Positions 50,979 through 62,523 of a stretch of 64,000 bases of DNA are shown here, piece by piece; within the stretch, counting starts at the first letter, position 1, and the number at the start of each line of letters is the position of its first letter. The position numbers and the translations under genes are program-made. Location: contig CAWDLW010000015.1 of assembly GCA_963803145.1 (NCBI GenBank), positions 224,001 to 288,000 of the forward strand, written 5' to 3'. Under the pieces are notes generated by a model, which saw nothing but the letters and a program-made list of their open reading frames with translations, did not search any database and was not told the origin of the DNA. The DNA is from Methanotrichaceae archaeon (GTDB taxonomy: Archaea; Halobacteriota; Methanosarcinia; Methanotrichales; Methanotrichaceae).

Positions 50979-52061
50979 TAGTTAATCTCCTAGCTTTTTG
51001 CACTAAGAAATCGCTCCACCCAGGACTTTGAATATCCATCCTTTTTGGAATAAAATATTTCTAAAGCGCAATCTTGGCTAGCTATAATAGCTTCATCGAA
51101 ATCAGTGTATTTGGCGATCTCTCTTTTGAAATCCTTCCAACCGAATTCTATAGGATTCAAATCTGGTGAATAGGGGATATTATAAATTAAGTGAATATCG
51201 ATTTCCTCAGCTAGTTTTCTAAATTTCTTGGCCAAATGAATTCTAGCATTATCTAAAAGTATACAAATTGGCCTCATAATATTATTATTTCTTATATTTT
51301 GAGCAAATGCCATCAACGCTTCCTTCTTAGAGGAGTTGGAAACCATAACCTCATCATTGCCATTTAATGCTATAAATCCAAAAATAGTTCTTGATCTAAC
51401 CTTTCCAGGTTTATAATTTATTAAATGAGTGTTTAAGACTCTACGTGTATTAGGGCGCTGTTGTAAAGAGCTTTCATCAAGAAATCCTATAACAGGATCA
51501 GTAACAGTGGTCAGCACTGATTTTATCCTTTTTTAAAAAACTTTCTGCATCTGCAGGCCTCTTTTCATTTCTGATGTATGGTTTCCCATACTTAACTTTT
51601 TTCACTACTCTTAAAATTCGCCAGCCATATTTATATGAAAAATCTATACCTCTTGTATCCCTTACATATTTTAATACGTCTTTTATCGTCATTCCTTTGT
51701 CTTCAATTTCTTTAATAACTCTATCCCATTCATCAAGAGACATCTTTGGCTTTTTGCCATTTCTATTCTTTGGTGTCAATCCATTATAGCCATGATTATT
51801 CCATCTGCTTAACCAATGTTTTATTGTCCTCTCGCCCCTTTTTAAAATATCAGCTACCTCATATACGTTTTTCCCTTCATATAAATGTATTATTGCCAAT
51901 AACCGTTCCTTAATCCTTAGATCAGTCTCTTTTTTATATAATTTATCAAGGTCTATCTTTGATATATGCCTAATTATTATAGGTTTTCTACCCATGCCTA
52001 TGTATTTTCACGCATTAATTATTAAATGTATCTATAGGGCAATAAGCTCAATGATTAACTA
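50979..52061 (-). mobile_element. IS630-family insertion sequence
   Basis: Ends TATAGTTAATC (50977) / GATTAACTATA (52063) with flanking TA duplication; low GC. Confidence 0.88.
50990..51995 (-). CDS. IS630 transposase via predicted -1 frameshift
   Basis: ORF-A HTH (51498-51995); T6A6 slippery tract near 51529-51540; ORF-B FLDES, LDNARIH, YSPDLNPIE DDE motifs. Confidence 0.87.
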
Positions 52062-52169
52062 TAATTGACGAATGAATTCAAGAAATGTTCATGATCCGGC
52101 TGTCACCTGATAGAAGCACTATAATCGCCAACCTGAAAGCTCCATAATCCCTAGCAGGCTATCTGGATT

Positions 52170-52859
52170 CTACGGATGCCGCCTAATGTAAAGCTCCTGG
52201 AAGAACTCCTCCTGTTCGAGCCATACCTGCCTTCGCTGTGCCATAAAAAGCAGAGAAACATAATCCATGACCCTCTCTTTGCTTTTTATATCTGTAAATG
52301 TCGCAGTCTTGCTGCCTGCAAAAATACTGTCCAGAATAGGGCCAAGCGCCTTTATACGATCTTCAATTCCCTCTTCATGGGAGAGGTCCATAGCCTTCTC
52401 CGCAGGCGACTCAGGCCAGCGCTCCCTCATGGCCTTCCTCCTGCCGACCATCTCTGCCTTCCGGAGCTCTGAGATCAGCTCCTCCAGAGTTACCGGCCTT
52501 TTTGTATGCCTTCTTATAGGCGGCTGGGGAAGACCATCTATAGTCTCTTCGACCTCAAATTCAACCTCGTCGGGAATAAGCTCCGGCTCCTCCTCTTTGG
52601 ATTCTTCTACAAAATCCGATTTCATCCTGAGAAGCATGGCGGCATAGAGTAATGTCCTGGCCGGTATTCTAAGATCCCTCTTCTCAAGCGAATCTATGTA
52701 CTCAAGGAACCTCTGCGTAGTGAGAGCTATATCTATATCCCAGGGATCTATCTCGCCCTTCTTTGCGAGCTCAACCAGAACCTCGGCAGGCTCACCGAAC
52801 CCAAACTCGATCCTAGGCCCAATAGGGCTCTTCTCGGAAGCAGAACTTCCATCGGTCAT
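52170..52859 (-). CDS. scpA: Segregation and condensation protein A (kleisin)
   Basis: L.EL...GEIDPWDIDI, LLRMKS, RPVTL.EL, LLF.......LEQEEFF. Confidence 0.93.
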   Translation of the reverse strand: MTDGSSASEKSPIGPRIEFGFGEPAEVLVELAKKGEIDPWDIDIALTTQRFLEYIDSLEKRDLRIPARTLLYAAMLLRMKSDFVEESKEEEPELIPDEVEFEVEETIDGLPQPPIRRHTKRPVTLEELISELRKAEMVGRRKAMRERWPESPAEKAMDLSHEEGIEDRIKALGPILDSIFAGSKTATFTDIKSKERVMDYVSLLFMAQRRQVWLEQEEFFQELYIRRHP

Positions 52860-52866
52860 GGAGATA

Positions 52867-55800
52867 TCAGCTCGTGCATATCGTGCATATTCCTGTCACG
52901 CTCGAGATATTGTTCTCCTGCATCGTCACGCCCAGAGTATACTTCGATTGCTGTATCATGGGCTTACGAAGGGAGACAACTATGAACTGTGCCTCCGCTG
53001 AGATCCTCTTGATGAGCTTTGCCACACGCTCGGCGTTAACACCATCAAGGAACATATCGATCTCATCCATAGCATAGAAGGGAGCTGGCCTGAACATCTG
53101 TATGGCGAATATAAAGGAGAGAGCTGTCAGGCTCTTTTCGCCCCCCGACATCGCCTCCAATCTATGGAACGGCTTTCCTGCTGGCCTAGCCTTTATAGTC
53201 ATGCCCGCAGTCAGAGGATCATCTGGATTCTCAAGTATTAGCTCGCCTTCGCCCTTCGAAAGCTCCCTGAAGATTGACTTAAAATTCTTATTGATCTCAT
53301 TGAAGGCCGAGAGAAATGACTCCTTCTTCATCTGACCATATCTATCAAGCCTGTCGATTATGATCTCGCGCTCTCTGTAAAGCGTATTGCGCCTATCCTG
53401 AAGAACGCTGTTTCTCTTCTCAACGTTGTCATATTCCTCTATCGCCAGCATGTTGACAGGCTCCAGATTGGCCATCACTTGAGTAAGGTCCTTTATCTTC
53501 TGGGCAACGCTCTCGCTACTCGGAGGCTCCCGGGTAGAATCAACTCCTCGAGTCTCTATCTCTGATCTCAGGTTTTCGGCACTAGACCTGGCCTCAGCCA
53601 CGGCTGCTTCTGACACAGCTAAACGTGCCTCTGAGCGATCTCGCTCTCTCTCCGCCTGATCTACATCCCTCTGCAGAGCAATTATTTGATCCAGGATCTC
53701 TTTCCGATCTCCTTTTAGACCTTTAAGCTCAGACTCTATCTCAATCTCACGATCAGAAGTGGCCTTCAACTCCACCTCTAATGAAGCTATACTCTCTGAG
53801 GCAATACGCGTTCTCTCTAATGCCTCTGCTATTTTGGCATCCAGAGACTCACGTCTTGTCTGAAGATCCTTAAGCTTCTCAGCGTTTGCCTCCTCGCGGA
53901 TCTTATCTTTCAGGATACTTGCCTCGATCTCCTTCAGTCTAGCCTCAAGGCGCTTGATCTCTGCTGAGGCCGTATCCGCCTGAGCTGAAAGCTCAGGAAT
54001 ATCAGAACCAGCAAGCCTGCCTTCGATCTGATCTATATTCGCTCTGAACTCTTCAAGAGATTTATTGATGCTTTGTATATCTTTCTCGATTGCATCTAGT
54101 CGCTCCCTGGAGCCGAGAGATTCATTCCCCAATTGAGCTAGCCGCTCCCGCTTTTCCTGTAAAGATTTTTCGAGATTGGGTAACGTTACCATTAGGTCAT
54201 CAAGTCTGAAGGTCTTTTTAGATATGGCCTTGTCAAGCTCCTCTATTTCACGGTTTATTCTTGAGATATCCTCCTCGATGCTATCTTGCTTATCGAGAAG
54301 TGAACTGCGATTGCCTTCGGCTGAAGAGATCTTGCCTGAGAACTCAACAAGCTTATTGCCCTCCTCAGCCGCAAACTTTACCCTCGATTTATAATGGCCG
54401 CCCGTCATTGCGCCCGACTTTTCGATAAGATCTCCATCCAGAGTTACCATTCGGTATCTGCCCATGAGCTGCCTTGCATGAGAGAGCGTCTCCACAACAA
54501 GCGTATCTCTGAAGACATACCAGAAGGCTGAAAGAAACTTGGGGTTGAAATCTACAAGGCTTAAGGCATAGCCAATTACCCCAGGCCTCTCAGGCTTTGG
54601 CGGAAGGTTTCCGGCCTCCAGCTTATTCAGCGGCAGAAATGTTGCCCTGCCTATCTGAGATCTTTTAAGGTAATCTATAGCATGAGCTGCATCCTCATCG
54701 CTGTTTGCAACAATGCTTTGCAGACGTGCTCCAGCAGCAACCTCAAGGGCGGCAGAGTACCTGGGGTTCACATCTCCAAGCTCAGCTATAATCCCATAGA
54801 GGCCTGATAGCATCTGCTTCTTTATTGCTGATCTTATCGATTCCACTGCATGGCTATAGCCGGATCTGTCCTCTGATGCCCTAAGGCGCGCATCTATCTT
54901 CGCATACTCGCTCTGAAGCCTTTGTAGTTCACGATCCGCTTCCGCAATATCACGGCGTATTCTGAGTCTTGCGCCATCGAGATTGTCCCTATCCTTTTCA
55001 AGATCGAGGGCATTATTATTTAGAGAGGCAAGATCTATCTTAAGCTGCTCAACTTCCTGATTTGAGGATGATAAAGTGCTTGATATTTCTGCTATGCCTG
55101 TCTCTATATTCTCTCTCTCGGTTGTGCTGCGCCTGACAGAGTCCAGCAGTCGGTCCTGTTCTCTGATAAGGTCTCCTAGTTTGGCTTTTGCGTTCTCCTT
55201 TTCCGACCTCACTTTTTCGAGCGTATCTCTCAGCTCAGAGTACTGGGCATCTGCTTGAGCGATCTTTCCCTTTGCATCTGAGAACAGCAGCATCTGGTCG
55301 TTCAGTTCACCCCGAATGCTCGCCTCCCTGAGGTTCGCATCCATAATCCTCTTCGAGAGCTCCTCGATCTCCTGCTGAAGATTGCCTATCTGAATGAAGC
55401 TGGCCCTTTGCTGCTCCTCTGCCTCGGCTATAGCCTTCTCCGCCATCTCTTTGCGAGAGACTTCACGCGCAATCCCTCCCTTCAGCTCCTCTATCTTACG
55501 TTTGACCTGGATCTGTTCATCCTCGCCTTTGTGATCGATCTCTGAGTTCAGGCCGTTTAGCTTAGAATCGAGCCCGCTAAGCATTGCCTTCTTTGACTGC
55601 GACATCTGCTGAAGCTGAATGCCCTTTGCTTTAAGTCCATTGAGCTCCTTTTCAACGCGCAATAGATAATCTGATGATTCTTTCAGCTTAGCGAGAAGGA
55701 GGAAGGCTTCCTGCCTGCGCAGCTCATCGCGGCTGGCCTGATAGCTCAGGGCTCGGTCTCTCTCATCCTTCAGCTTAGCCAGCTGGGCCCCTACCTCTTC

Positions 55801-56391
55801 AAGGATGACATCAACCCTGCCGATCCTCTCACGAACCACATCCAACTCTTCAAGTGCCTTCTTTTTCTTCTCATCGAATTCTGCTACGCCTGCTATCTCA
55901 TCCACGATCTTGCGACGTTCCACAGGCGCCATCTGGATGATATGCGTCACATCCCCCTGCATCACCACATTGTAACCCTCAGGGGTTATGCCTGCCTTTC
56001 CGAGCTTGTCCTGAAGTTCACCTTGGCTGCAGGGTTTTCCATTAAAATAGTAAGAAGAGGCACATTTATCATTGTTCACCTTGATCTTTCTGGATATCTC
56101 TATGACATCCTCCTCAATAGGAATCGTCCTTGAGATGTTATCCAATTTGACTGTGACCTGGGCAAAATCGGGATTATGACCATTGTCCCCGCGGTATATC
56201 AGATCTGGCAGCCTCTCGGCGCGCATTGCCCGAGAGCTCGATAGACATAGTGCAAAGAGGAGAGCATCGACTATATTCGACTTCCCGCTGCCGTTCGGAC
56301 CAGTTATGGTCAGGAAGTCATTCCTCAGAGGTACCTCTACGCGCTTGCCGAATGACTTGAAGTTCTTTAGCTCCACCTCTTTGATATACAA
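52867..56391 (-). CDS. smc: Chromosome segregation protein SMC
   Basis: NFKSF, GPNGSGKSN, hinge GRATFLPL, MSGGEKS, DEID; 1174 aa with coiled coils. Confidence 0.98.
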   Translation of the reverse strand: MYIKEVELKNFKSFGKRVEVPLRNDFLTITGPNGSGKSNIVDALLFALCLSSSRAMRAERLPDLIYRGDNGHNPDFAQVTVKLDNISRTIPIEEDVIEISRKIKVNNDKCASSYYFNGKPCSQGELQDKLGKAGITPEGYNVVMQGDVTHIIQMAPVERRKIVDEIAGVAEFDEKKKKALEELDVVRERIGRVDVILEEVGAQLAKLKDERDRALSYQASRDELRRQEAFLLLAKLKESSDYLLRVEKELNGLKAKGIQLQQMSQSKKAMLSGLDSKLNGLNSEIDHKGEDEQIQVKRKIEELKGGIAREVSRKEMAEKAIAEAEEQQRASFIQIGNLQQEIEELSKRIMDANLREASIRGELNDQMLLFSDAKGKIAQADAQYSELRDTLEKVRSEKENAKAKLGDLIREQDRLLDSVRRSTTERENIETGIAEISSTLSSSNQEVEQLKIDLASLNNNALDLEKDRDNLDGARLRIRRDIAEADRELQRLQSEYAKIDARLRASEDRSGYSHAVESIRSAIKKQMLSGLYGIIAELGDVNPRYSAALEVAAGARLQSIVANSDEDAAHAIDYLKRSQIGRATFLPLNKLEAGNLPPKPERPGVIGYALSLVDFNPKFLSAFWYVFRDTLVVETLSHARQLMGRYRMVTLDGDLIEKSGAMTGGHYKSRVKFAAEEGNKLVEFSGKISSAEGNRSSLLDKQDSIEEDISRINREIEELDKAISKKTFRLDDLMVTLPNLEKSLQEKRERLAQLGNESLGSRERLDAIEKDIQSINKSLEEFRANIDQIEGRLAGSDIPELSAQADTASAEIKRLEARLKEIEASILKDKIREEANAEKLKDLQTRRESLDAKIAEALERTRIASESIASLEVELKATSDREIEIESELKGLKGDRKEILDQIIALQRDVDQAERERDRSEARLAVSEAAVAEARSSAENLRSEIETRGVDSTREPPSSESVAQKIKDLTQVMANLEPVNMLAIEEYDNVEKRNSVLQDRRNTLYREREIIIDRLDRYGQMKKESFLSAFNEINKNFKSIFRELSKGEGELILENPDDPLTAGMTIKARPAGKPFHRLEAMSGGEKSLTALSFIFAIQMFRPAPFYAMDEIDMFLDGVNAERVAKLIKRISAEAQFIVVSLRKPMIQQSKYTLGVTMQENNISSVTGICTICTS

Positions 56392-56779
56392 GAGCTACCT
56401 CCATAAGGTCATGAGTATACCATCCTACAAGTCGCCTCCCTTCCCCCGCTTCGTTGCCAAAATCTCTCTCCGAAGATCCCTTAGTACATGAACGCAGTAA
56501 TTTACATCCTTAACTTAAGCATGTATTCAAGGATGTATATATCATTTTCCCTATACATCCATATGTTTTCTATGGCGGATTATACCCTTGAACACCAACT
56601 GAAATCATGAGAAATATATTTATTGGATTATCTATATTTACATGATTATTGCTATTACCACTATTGCAAATCTCTCTGCCTTTCTCGCTTCCATAAATTA
56701 TCTTTCTTGATGGCATATCCAGGCATATACATTTTCGAATCAAAAACGTATTTACCCTCAAGAAGATCCGAGCACTACT

Positions 56780-57997
56780 ATGGATATACTTGCCGATGTC
56801 GGCGGAAGGCCGGGCCTAGATTGCAAAGGCTTCTGCAGCTACTGTTATTTCAGAGGTGTCAAGGACATAAAGCCCTTCGGGTGCAAATACTGCATGCCTT
56901 TTCAGAAGGGCTGCGATTATTGCTCTCGCGCCATAGTTGAGGGCTATCCAGGCTTCAAGCCACTGGATATGGTTGTATTCGAGGTTGCGCAGAAATGCAT
57001 CGGCACGGTTCCTGATAAAGTCACAATAAGCGGCGGAGGAGACCTTAGCTGCTATCCTCATCTGCTTCCTCTGGCGGAGATGGTTGGCCAGGGAATAGTG
57101 CCCATAAGCTTGGGCTATACAAGTGGAAAAGGCTTCACAAAAGGTGATGAGGCCAAGGCACTCATCGATGCTGGCGTAAAGGAAGTTTCATTCACGGTAT
57201 TCTCTACGAGTTCAGAGCTTCGGCGCAAATACATGGCGGATAAGCACCCGGAGGCCGCGCTTTCAAACCTCAGGCGGTTCTGCGAGAGCTGCGATGTCTA
57301 CTGCGCGTCTGTGCTCATTCCAGGAGTGAACGATGGCCCAGAGCTAGAGAAAACCTGCAGTGACCTAGAGGAGATGGGCGCAAAAGGCCATATATTAATG
57401 AGATTCGCCAACACTCGTGAGCAGGGTCTGATACTCGGAAATGCGCCTATCATTCCAGGGATTGTGCCACATACAGTCGAGGAGTTCAGGCAGATCGTAA
57501 CCAGGACGAGCGAAAGCCATAGCTTCCGAGTAACAGGCACACCCCTTTGGGACCCGGCTACCGGGGCTCCGTTTGCTCTAGCTACGCATAGAAGCGAGAT
57601 AAGCAGATTGCCAGCAGTAGAAAAAAGCGCCACTATTATCACAAGCTCAATCGCCCAGCCGCTCCTGTCCGTTATATTCGAAGAGCTCGGCGGAAAGGTG
57701 AATGTGGTAGCAGTGAACAAGGACATTGGCTGCCTGATGACCATCGATGACCTTCAAGGGATTGACCTAAATTGCGTGAAAGATACTGTCCTCGTTCCAG
57801 GCAGAGCATTAGCGCATGAGAGGGAGATAAAAAAGGCGCTGAACCGTGACGGGGAGGATAGACTCGTACTGCGAGGGCCCGATCGCCTTACGGTTGATGG
57901 AGAGATGAGCATATCCATGAACACTAGGCAAGTTCTCGATATTGAGATCGAGGCATTCAAGGAGCTTATAGAGGAGATCAACGCACTGGGAGTTTAA
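56780..57997 (+). CDS. mmp10: Methanogenesis marker protein 10, radical SAM MCR arginine methyltransferase
   Basis: DVGG.PG.DC.GFC.YCYF plus second CxxC..CxxC cluster; LMRFAN..QGLILGN; GPD.LT.DGEMS. Confidence 0.92.
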   Translation: MDILADVGGRPGLDCKGFCSYCYFRGVKDIKPFGCKYCMPFQKGCDYCSRAIVEGYPGFKPLDMVVFEVAQKCIGTVPDKVTISGGGDLSCYPHLLPLAEMVGQGIVPISLGYTSGKGFTKGDEAKALIDAGVKEVSFTVFSTSSELRRKYMADKHPEAALSNLRRFCESCDVYCASVLIPGVNDGPELEKTCSDLEEMGAKGHILMRFANTREQGLILGNAPIIPGIVPHTVEEFRQIVTRTSESHSFRVTGTPLWDPATGAPFALATHRSEISRLPAVEKSATIITSSIAQPLLSVIFEELGGKVNVVAVNKDIGCLMTIDDLQGIDLNCVKDTVLVPGRALAHEREIKKALNRDGEDRLVLRGPDRLTVDGEMSISMNTRQVLDIEIEAFKELIEEINALGV

Positions 57998-58126
57998 TTA
58001 TTGGTATTTAATTCCCGAGATCAAAGTACGAATAATCTTCAGAAGGTATTATCTCTAAACGAGATCTATTGGCATTTGAATAATGTCTTGTCGATGAACG
58101 GAAATACGGAGTAAGAGGTCATAGTT

Positions 58127-58317
58127 TCAGTCTCTTATCAGCCCAGTTTCTCTTGGAATCACCACGGCGCCAGCTATGATTAGGGTGAATTGAGTTCCTA
58201 TTGTGGAGTCCAGATTGGCCTTATATATAACCCGGGTCTTGTTTGCGCCATCTGCACATATATCTAGGATCTGGACTGTAACCAAAGATAGCGTTTATGC
58301 AAGCTGTTTCCCCTCAT
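58127..58317 (-). pseudogene. Degraded winged-helix (HTH_45-like) regulator fragment
   Basis: One minus-strand frame gives QILDICADGANKTRVIYKANL; out of frame with the ATG at 58317 and degenerates downstream. Confidence 0.5.
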
Positions 58318-58340
58318 TTTTTATCTTCAATGGATAAGCC

Positions 58341-58574
58341 TCATTTCTTCAGCATCTTCTTGATCTCTTCCACAGTCGCCGTTTTGCCGACTATCTTAGA
58401 CTGGCCATCAATATAAAGGGCAGGAGTCATCATAACCCCTCGATTCATGATCTCTTGGATGCTGTCCACCTTCACGATTTCTGCCTTGATGCCCAGCTCC
58501 TGGACTGCCTTCTCTACGTTCTTCGTCAGGCTTTTGCATTTCGCACAGCCTGTTCCAAGGATTTCTATTTTCAT
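58341..58574 (-). CDS. Small redox-active disulfide protein (thioredoxin-like, MTH895 type)
   Basis: MKIEILGTGCAKC...GVMMTPAL.IDG. Confidence 0.92.
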   Translation of the reverse strand: MKIEILGTGCAKCKSLTKNVEKAVQELGIKAEIVKVDSIQEIMNRGVMMTPALYIDGQSKIVGKTATVEEIKKMLKK

Positions 58575-58599
58575 GACTTACCACCTATTTCAGACATCT

Positions 58600-59718
58600 T
58601 TATACGATTCTGTATCCCACGATCGCACCATAGAGCATACCCACGAACGTTGAAACCAGCACCACAAGGCTGATATAAGCGCCTCCTTTCTTTGGGCCTA
58701 TTAATTTTATTATTACTATCATGCTCGGCAAGCTCAGCGAAGGCCCTGCTAGAAGTAGCGAAAGCGCTGGACCTGGCGCAGTTATCCCTGCGCTATAACC
58801 AAACAGCGTTCCGACTATGGGTACCTCCAAGAGAGTCGGCATATAGAGGAGTGCACCTATAACCGATGCAATAAAGCATGCCAGGAAGCTATTCGAACCG
58901 AAGATCGACCTGATCAGATCCACAGGCAGGAAGTAACCAATCACGCCTGTAATGAATGTCCCAACGATTAGCAGGGGAAAGATCTTCCTGGCGAGATCCC
59001 ATATTTCACTGAAGAAGACGCTTCTCTCATCGTCGGAGAAGTATCTTCTCAGGATAAAGGCGGATGCTAGTATGAAAGCTGCCGCTATCGTCCATCTCAG
59101 CAAGAACGAAATTCCTGATGTGGCTGAGAGGAGCACTCCTATCAGAAGCGCCAGCAACAATATCGACTTGTGCTTTAGACCACCTGACTCCGCAGAGTCT
59201 TCAGCCGTTTGTAATGGATTTGTAGTTACGGCAGTATCTTCTCCCGGCTTTACTTCGCACTTCGGCGGGTTTCTTTCAAATATAGCCGCCATGATCAGTC
59301 CGATGATAACAGACATGGAGACAGCAGCTACAGCCCTGGCAATGCCTATGTCTAAACCCAGGACTCTTGCTGTAAGCACTATCGCCAGCAAGTTGATTGC
59401 AGGGCCAGAGAAGAGAAACGCGGTTGCAGGACCGATGCCAGCGCCTTTCCTCTCAATGCCCGCAAACATAGGCAGTATGGTGCAGCTGCAGACCGCCAGG
59501 ATAGTTCCTGAAGTGGCGGCAACTGAGTAACAAAGCCACTTGGGAGCACCCGCCCCGAAGTACTTCAGAACAATCTCCTTCTGCAGCAGTGCTGCTATTG
59601 CCCCAGCGATAAAGAATGCCGGCACCAGGCAGGTCAGAACATGTGCTGAGAGGTACCCGAGCAGAGTTGTAATCCCGGCCTGAAGAGCAGGCATAAACAT
59701 TTGAATGTATGTAACCAT
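58600..59718 (-). CDS. ArsP-like permease (DUF318)
   Basis: HVL.CL.PAFFIAG, VCSC.ILP, FL.SGPAIN, LL.GP.LSLP motifs. Confidence 0.88.
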   Translation of the reverse strand: MVTYIQMFMPALQAGITTLLGYLSAHVLTCLVPAFFIAGAIAALLQKEIVLKYFGAGAPKWLCYSVAATSGTILAVCSCTILPMFAGIERKGAGIGPATAFLFSGPAINLLAIVLTARVLGLDIGIARAVAAVSMSVIIGLIMAAIFERNPPKCEVKPGEDTAVTTNPLQTAEDSAESGGLKHKSILLLALLIGVLLSATSGISFLLRWTIAAAFILASAFILRRYFSDDERSVFFSEIWDLARKIFPLLIVGTFITGVIGYFLPVDLIRSIFGSNSFLACFIASVIGALLYMPTLLEVPIVGTLFGYSAGITAPGPALSLLLAGPSLSLPSMIVIIKLIGPKKGGAYISLVVLVSTFVGMLYGAIVGYRIV

Positions 59719-59730
59719 AGGATCAGCTTC

Positions 59731-60070
59731 CTACTTACATAGGGATTTTTCCAGAATCTTTCCTGCCTCAGCCAAGTTGGAGATCTGTCTCAAAGCCAGG
59801 GCATCCACCGCTTTGATGATCTCGAAAACCTGAGGATCTTTTATTCTGTAGAGAGTTTTCTTTCCATCTATCCGGCGATCGAGGATGCCTGCTTCGTAGA
59901 GGATATTCAGGTGTTTAGAAATGGTGGACTGGGGACCGCTGAAAAGCCGGAATGATCTCGCAGACGCACCTCTCGCCAGGTCTGAGGTATTCGATTATCT
60001 CAAGACGGGTAGGGTCCGATAAGGGACTCAGGACCTTCACTCGCAAATCCGAGACTGATATTTGAGCCAT
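59731..60070 (-). pseudogene. ArsR/SmtB repressor with single-base frameshift
   Basis: MAQ...LSDPTRLEIIEYLRPGERCVCEI then shift at the G4 run 59931-59934; other frame continues QSTISKHLNILYEAGIL...; span 340 nt = 3n+1. Confidence 0.85.
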
Positions 60071-60484
60071 GATTAATCTGATATAGAGACATATTTAAAT
60101 ATGAACATATCGCCATAAGACGATATAAAGCCTCAGAATCACAAGTATATACAACCCGTAGAATAACATATTTTTCGATAAGCATCCACTGCAAGATCCC
60201 GTATATTGATCAAATCTGTCCATATCAAACTTCGGCGGCGCATTTGGTATGGTCAATAGAGAAGGTCGACAAGCAGGTCAGTTATTGTCAACAGAAGAGA
60301 CAGTAGCTCTCATTGAAAGGGTAATTAACTTCATAGAAAAATGTCCTTCCAAAGAAGCGGTTAGGAAAGCTAATCGATCGTGTTGGGTGAGACATGTTCA
60401 TGAATGCTATCGACTTAACGCTTTAGTTACTCTAAATCTAGAGCGGCCTTGGATGTTTCCTCGAAAAATCAATAGTCGAAAATA

Positions 60485-61709
60485 GGTCGTGTATGCGTTC
60501 CGATGAAATAGTTATATGTTTATAATGATACATTCTTTAAAAGGGATGTATCAAAAATGTCTGATATTACATTGTCCGATTACTGGTGCCATCATGAAGG
60601 CTGCCAGGATTATGGCATAAACGATAAAGGCAACATAGTGATAAAAGATCACTATGGAAAGAACAACCGTGCGCTCTTGAAGTGTAGAACATGTGGTCAT
60701 TGTTTCAGCGAGACTCGCGGAACAATATTTTTCGGTTTAAGCACATCAGATGAGGAAGTCTTAGATGTCCTGGCCCAATTGGTAGAAAAAGGCAGTATTC
60801 GTGGTGTTGCAAGATCTACAGGTCATGATAAAAATACAATCTGCCGATGGCTCAAAAGGGCAGCGGATCATTGCAAAGAGGTCAATGATTACTTCCTGAA
60901 CCATCTTCATCTTACACAAGTGCAGATAGATGAAATATGGTCATTTTGTAAAAAAACAAAAAAATGTAAGTAGCTATGACTCAAAAGACGTTGGTGACGT
61001 ATATAGTCTGACAGCAATAAATGCTGAATCAAGGTTACTAATCTGCCATCATGAAGGTGGCCGAACTATAGAAGATGCAACTGCCTTATTTAGTGACTTA
61101 GAACATAGACGGGCGACAGGCACACCTCTTCCGGTATTCGTTTCCGATGATTGGGATCCATTTTCCAATGCCCTCCTTGAAGTCTACGGTGTCAAGGAGA
61201 CGCCTGAATACAAAGGACTAGGCAGAAAACCAAATCCTATACTTGTTCATCCTCCTGACCTTAAATATGCTCAAATTGTGAAAAATAAAAAGAATGATGA
61301 AGTGGTTAACACATTTGAACGGATTGTATATGGTGACCCGAAAGATGTGCTTGAACTGCTTTGCCCAACATCGAAAGAACATATCCAGACATCCTACGTC
61401 GAACGAATGAATCTCACTTTCAGGAATTATCTGGCCAGGTTTATACGTGAGTCTATGAACTTTAGTAAAGATAGGCAAATTCATACCGGCGCAATAGACT
61501 TTTTCCAAGCTTGGTACAACTTCGTTAAGCCGCATGATTCTTTAAAAATTGAGATAAACCTTGACATGGAAGAAGTGGGATTCGCTCTGAATCCTAAAAA
61601 ATGGATCCCTCGAACGCCTGCGATGGTTGAATTGATTACCGACCATATTTGGACTATGAAGGAGTTAATGACTTGGAGGATCCCATTTCAATAGGTCACA
61701 TACACAACC
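60485..61709 (+). mobile_element. IS1-family insertion sequence (1225 bp)
   Basis: Imperfect TIR GGTCGTGTATG/CATACACAACC; 8-bp TSD CGAAAATA (60477-60484, 61710-61717). Confidence 0.9.
60557..61694 (+). CDS. IS1-family transposase via predicted -1 frameshift
   Basis: Zn finger/HTH ORF-A, QIDEIWSF, A7 tract 60950-60956, ORF-B SDD, VERMN.TFR, YNF..PH.SL, TPAM. Confidence 0.87.
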
Positions 61710-61761
61710 CGAAAATATATACCCAGACAATCTTATGAATAGTAAAGAAGGTTGAAAGTAT

Positions 61762-61908
61762 ATGGCCTTAGATCCAGTATGCAAGATGATAGTTGATGAG
61801 AAAACCGCGAAGCTAAAAAGCGAGTATAAAGGAAAAACATACTACTTCTGTGCACCAGGATGCAAGAAGGCGTTTGATGTAGCACCTGAGAAATACCTGG
61901 GTAAATAG
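61762..61908 (+). CDS. YHS domain small metal-binding protein (48 aa, absent from track)
   Basis: MALDPVCKM.VD......SEYKGKTYYFCAPGCKKAF..PEKY. Confidence 0.9.
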   Translation: MALDPVCKMIVDEKTAKLKSEYKGKTYYFCAPGCKKAFDVAPEKYLGK

Positions 61909-61923
61909 AAAAGAAGAGAAGCT

Positions 61924-62421
61924 TTATAACTTGGCAGTCCTGACTACATGTTCATTTAAAGTCTCATTTTTGAATGAGGCAACAATTTCTACGCATGTTG
62001 TGAAATTATTGCCCGTTACATATAGTGGTGCAATAATGCCCCAGAAAGCTTGGCCCCCGAGGCGATCTGGCCCTGTTGAAAGGTATCCATCGTTATAGGA
62101 CTGGATAGACATCGTATCGCACATTGCTCCCATAATGCTGGCTAACTCCTTCTCCAAATCACTGATAGGGCGAGGATTCTCATGGCCAATTAAATATGCG
62201 AAACTTGAGCTATTTGTACTACGATCTACCATCTTTACGTAATACGTTGATACATCCATACACTCCTGATAATCCGGTGCCATTGGTATAACGGCGATGT
62301 TTTGTCCTCCGAAGTCTAAAGAGATATTATGGCTACCAAGGGGTATAACCTGATAGCTGCCTAGTGCCGGGATTACAGCAATCATAATCGCAAATATCGA
62401 GGTAAGTATTAAACGGAGCAT
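61924..62421 (-). CDS. Secreted hypothetical protein
   Basis: AGGAG RBS, signal peptide, LGSHNISLD beta-rich start. Confidence 0.65.
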   Translation of the reverse strand: MLRLILTSIFAIMIAVIPALGSYQVIPLGSHNISLDFGGQNIAVIPMAPDYQECMDVSTYYVKMVDRSTNSSSFAYLIGHENPRPISDLEKELASIMGAMCDTMSIQSYNDGYLSTGPDRLGGQAFWGIIAPLYVTGNNFTTCVEIVASFKNETLNEHVVRTAKL

Positions 62422-62523
62422 GCTCGTTCTTCTCCTAATTGCATAACTAACAATTAAAAGGTAATGCGGTCCCTCTAAATTTGGGATTCCTTATAATTAG
62501 CAACGCCATAAGTGGAGGCTAGG

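Noticed and set aside
58952-59530. 192-aa plus-strand ORF
   Set aside because: Antisense shadow of the permease
60249-60485. 78-aa ORF ending at the IS boundary, faintly like a sulfite/nitrite reductase C-terminal fragment
   Set aside because: Similarity too weak to call; probably a remnant or spurious
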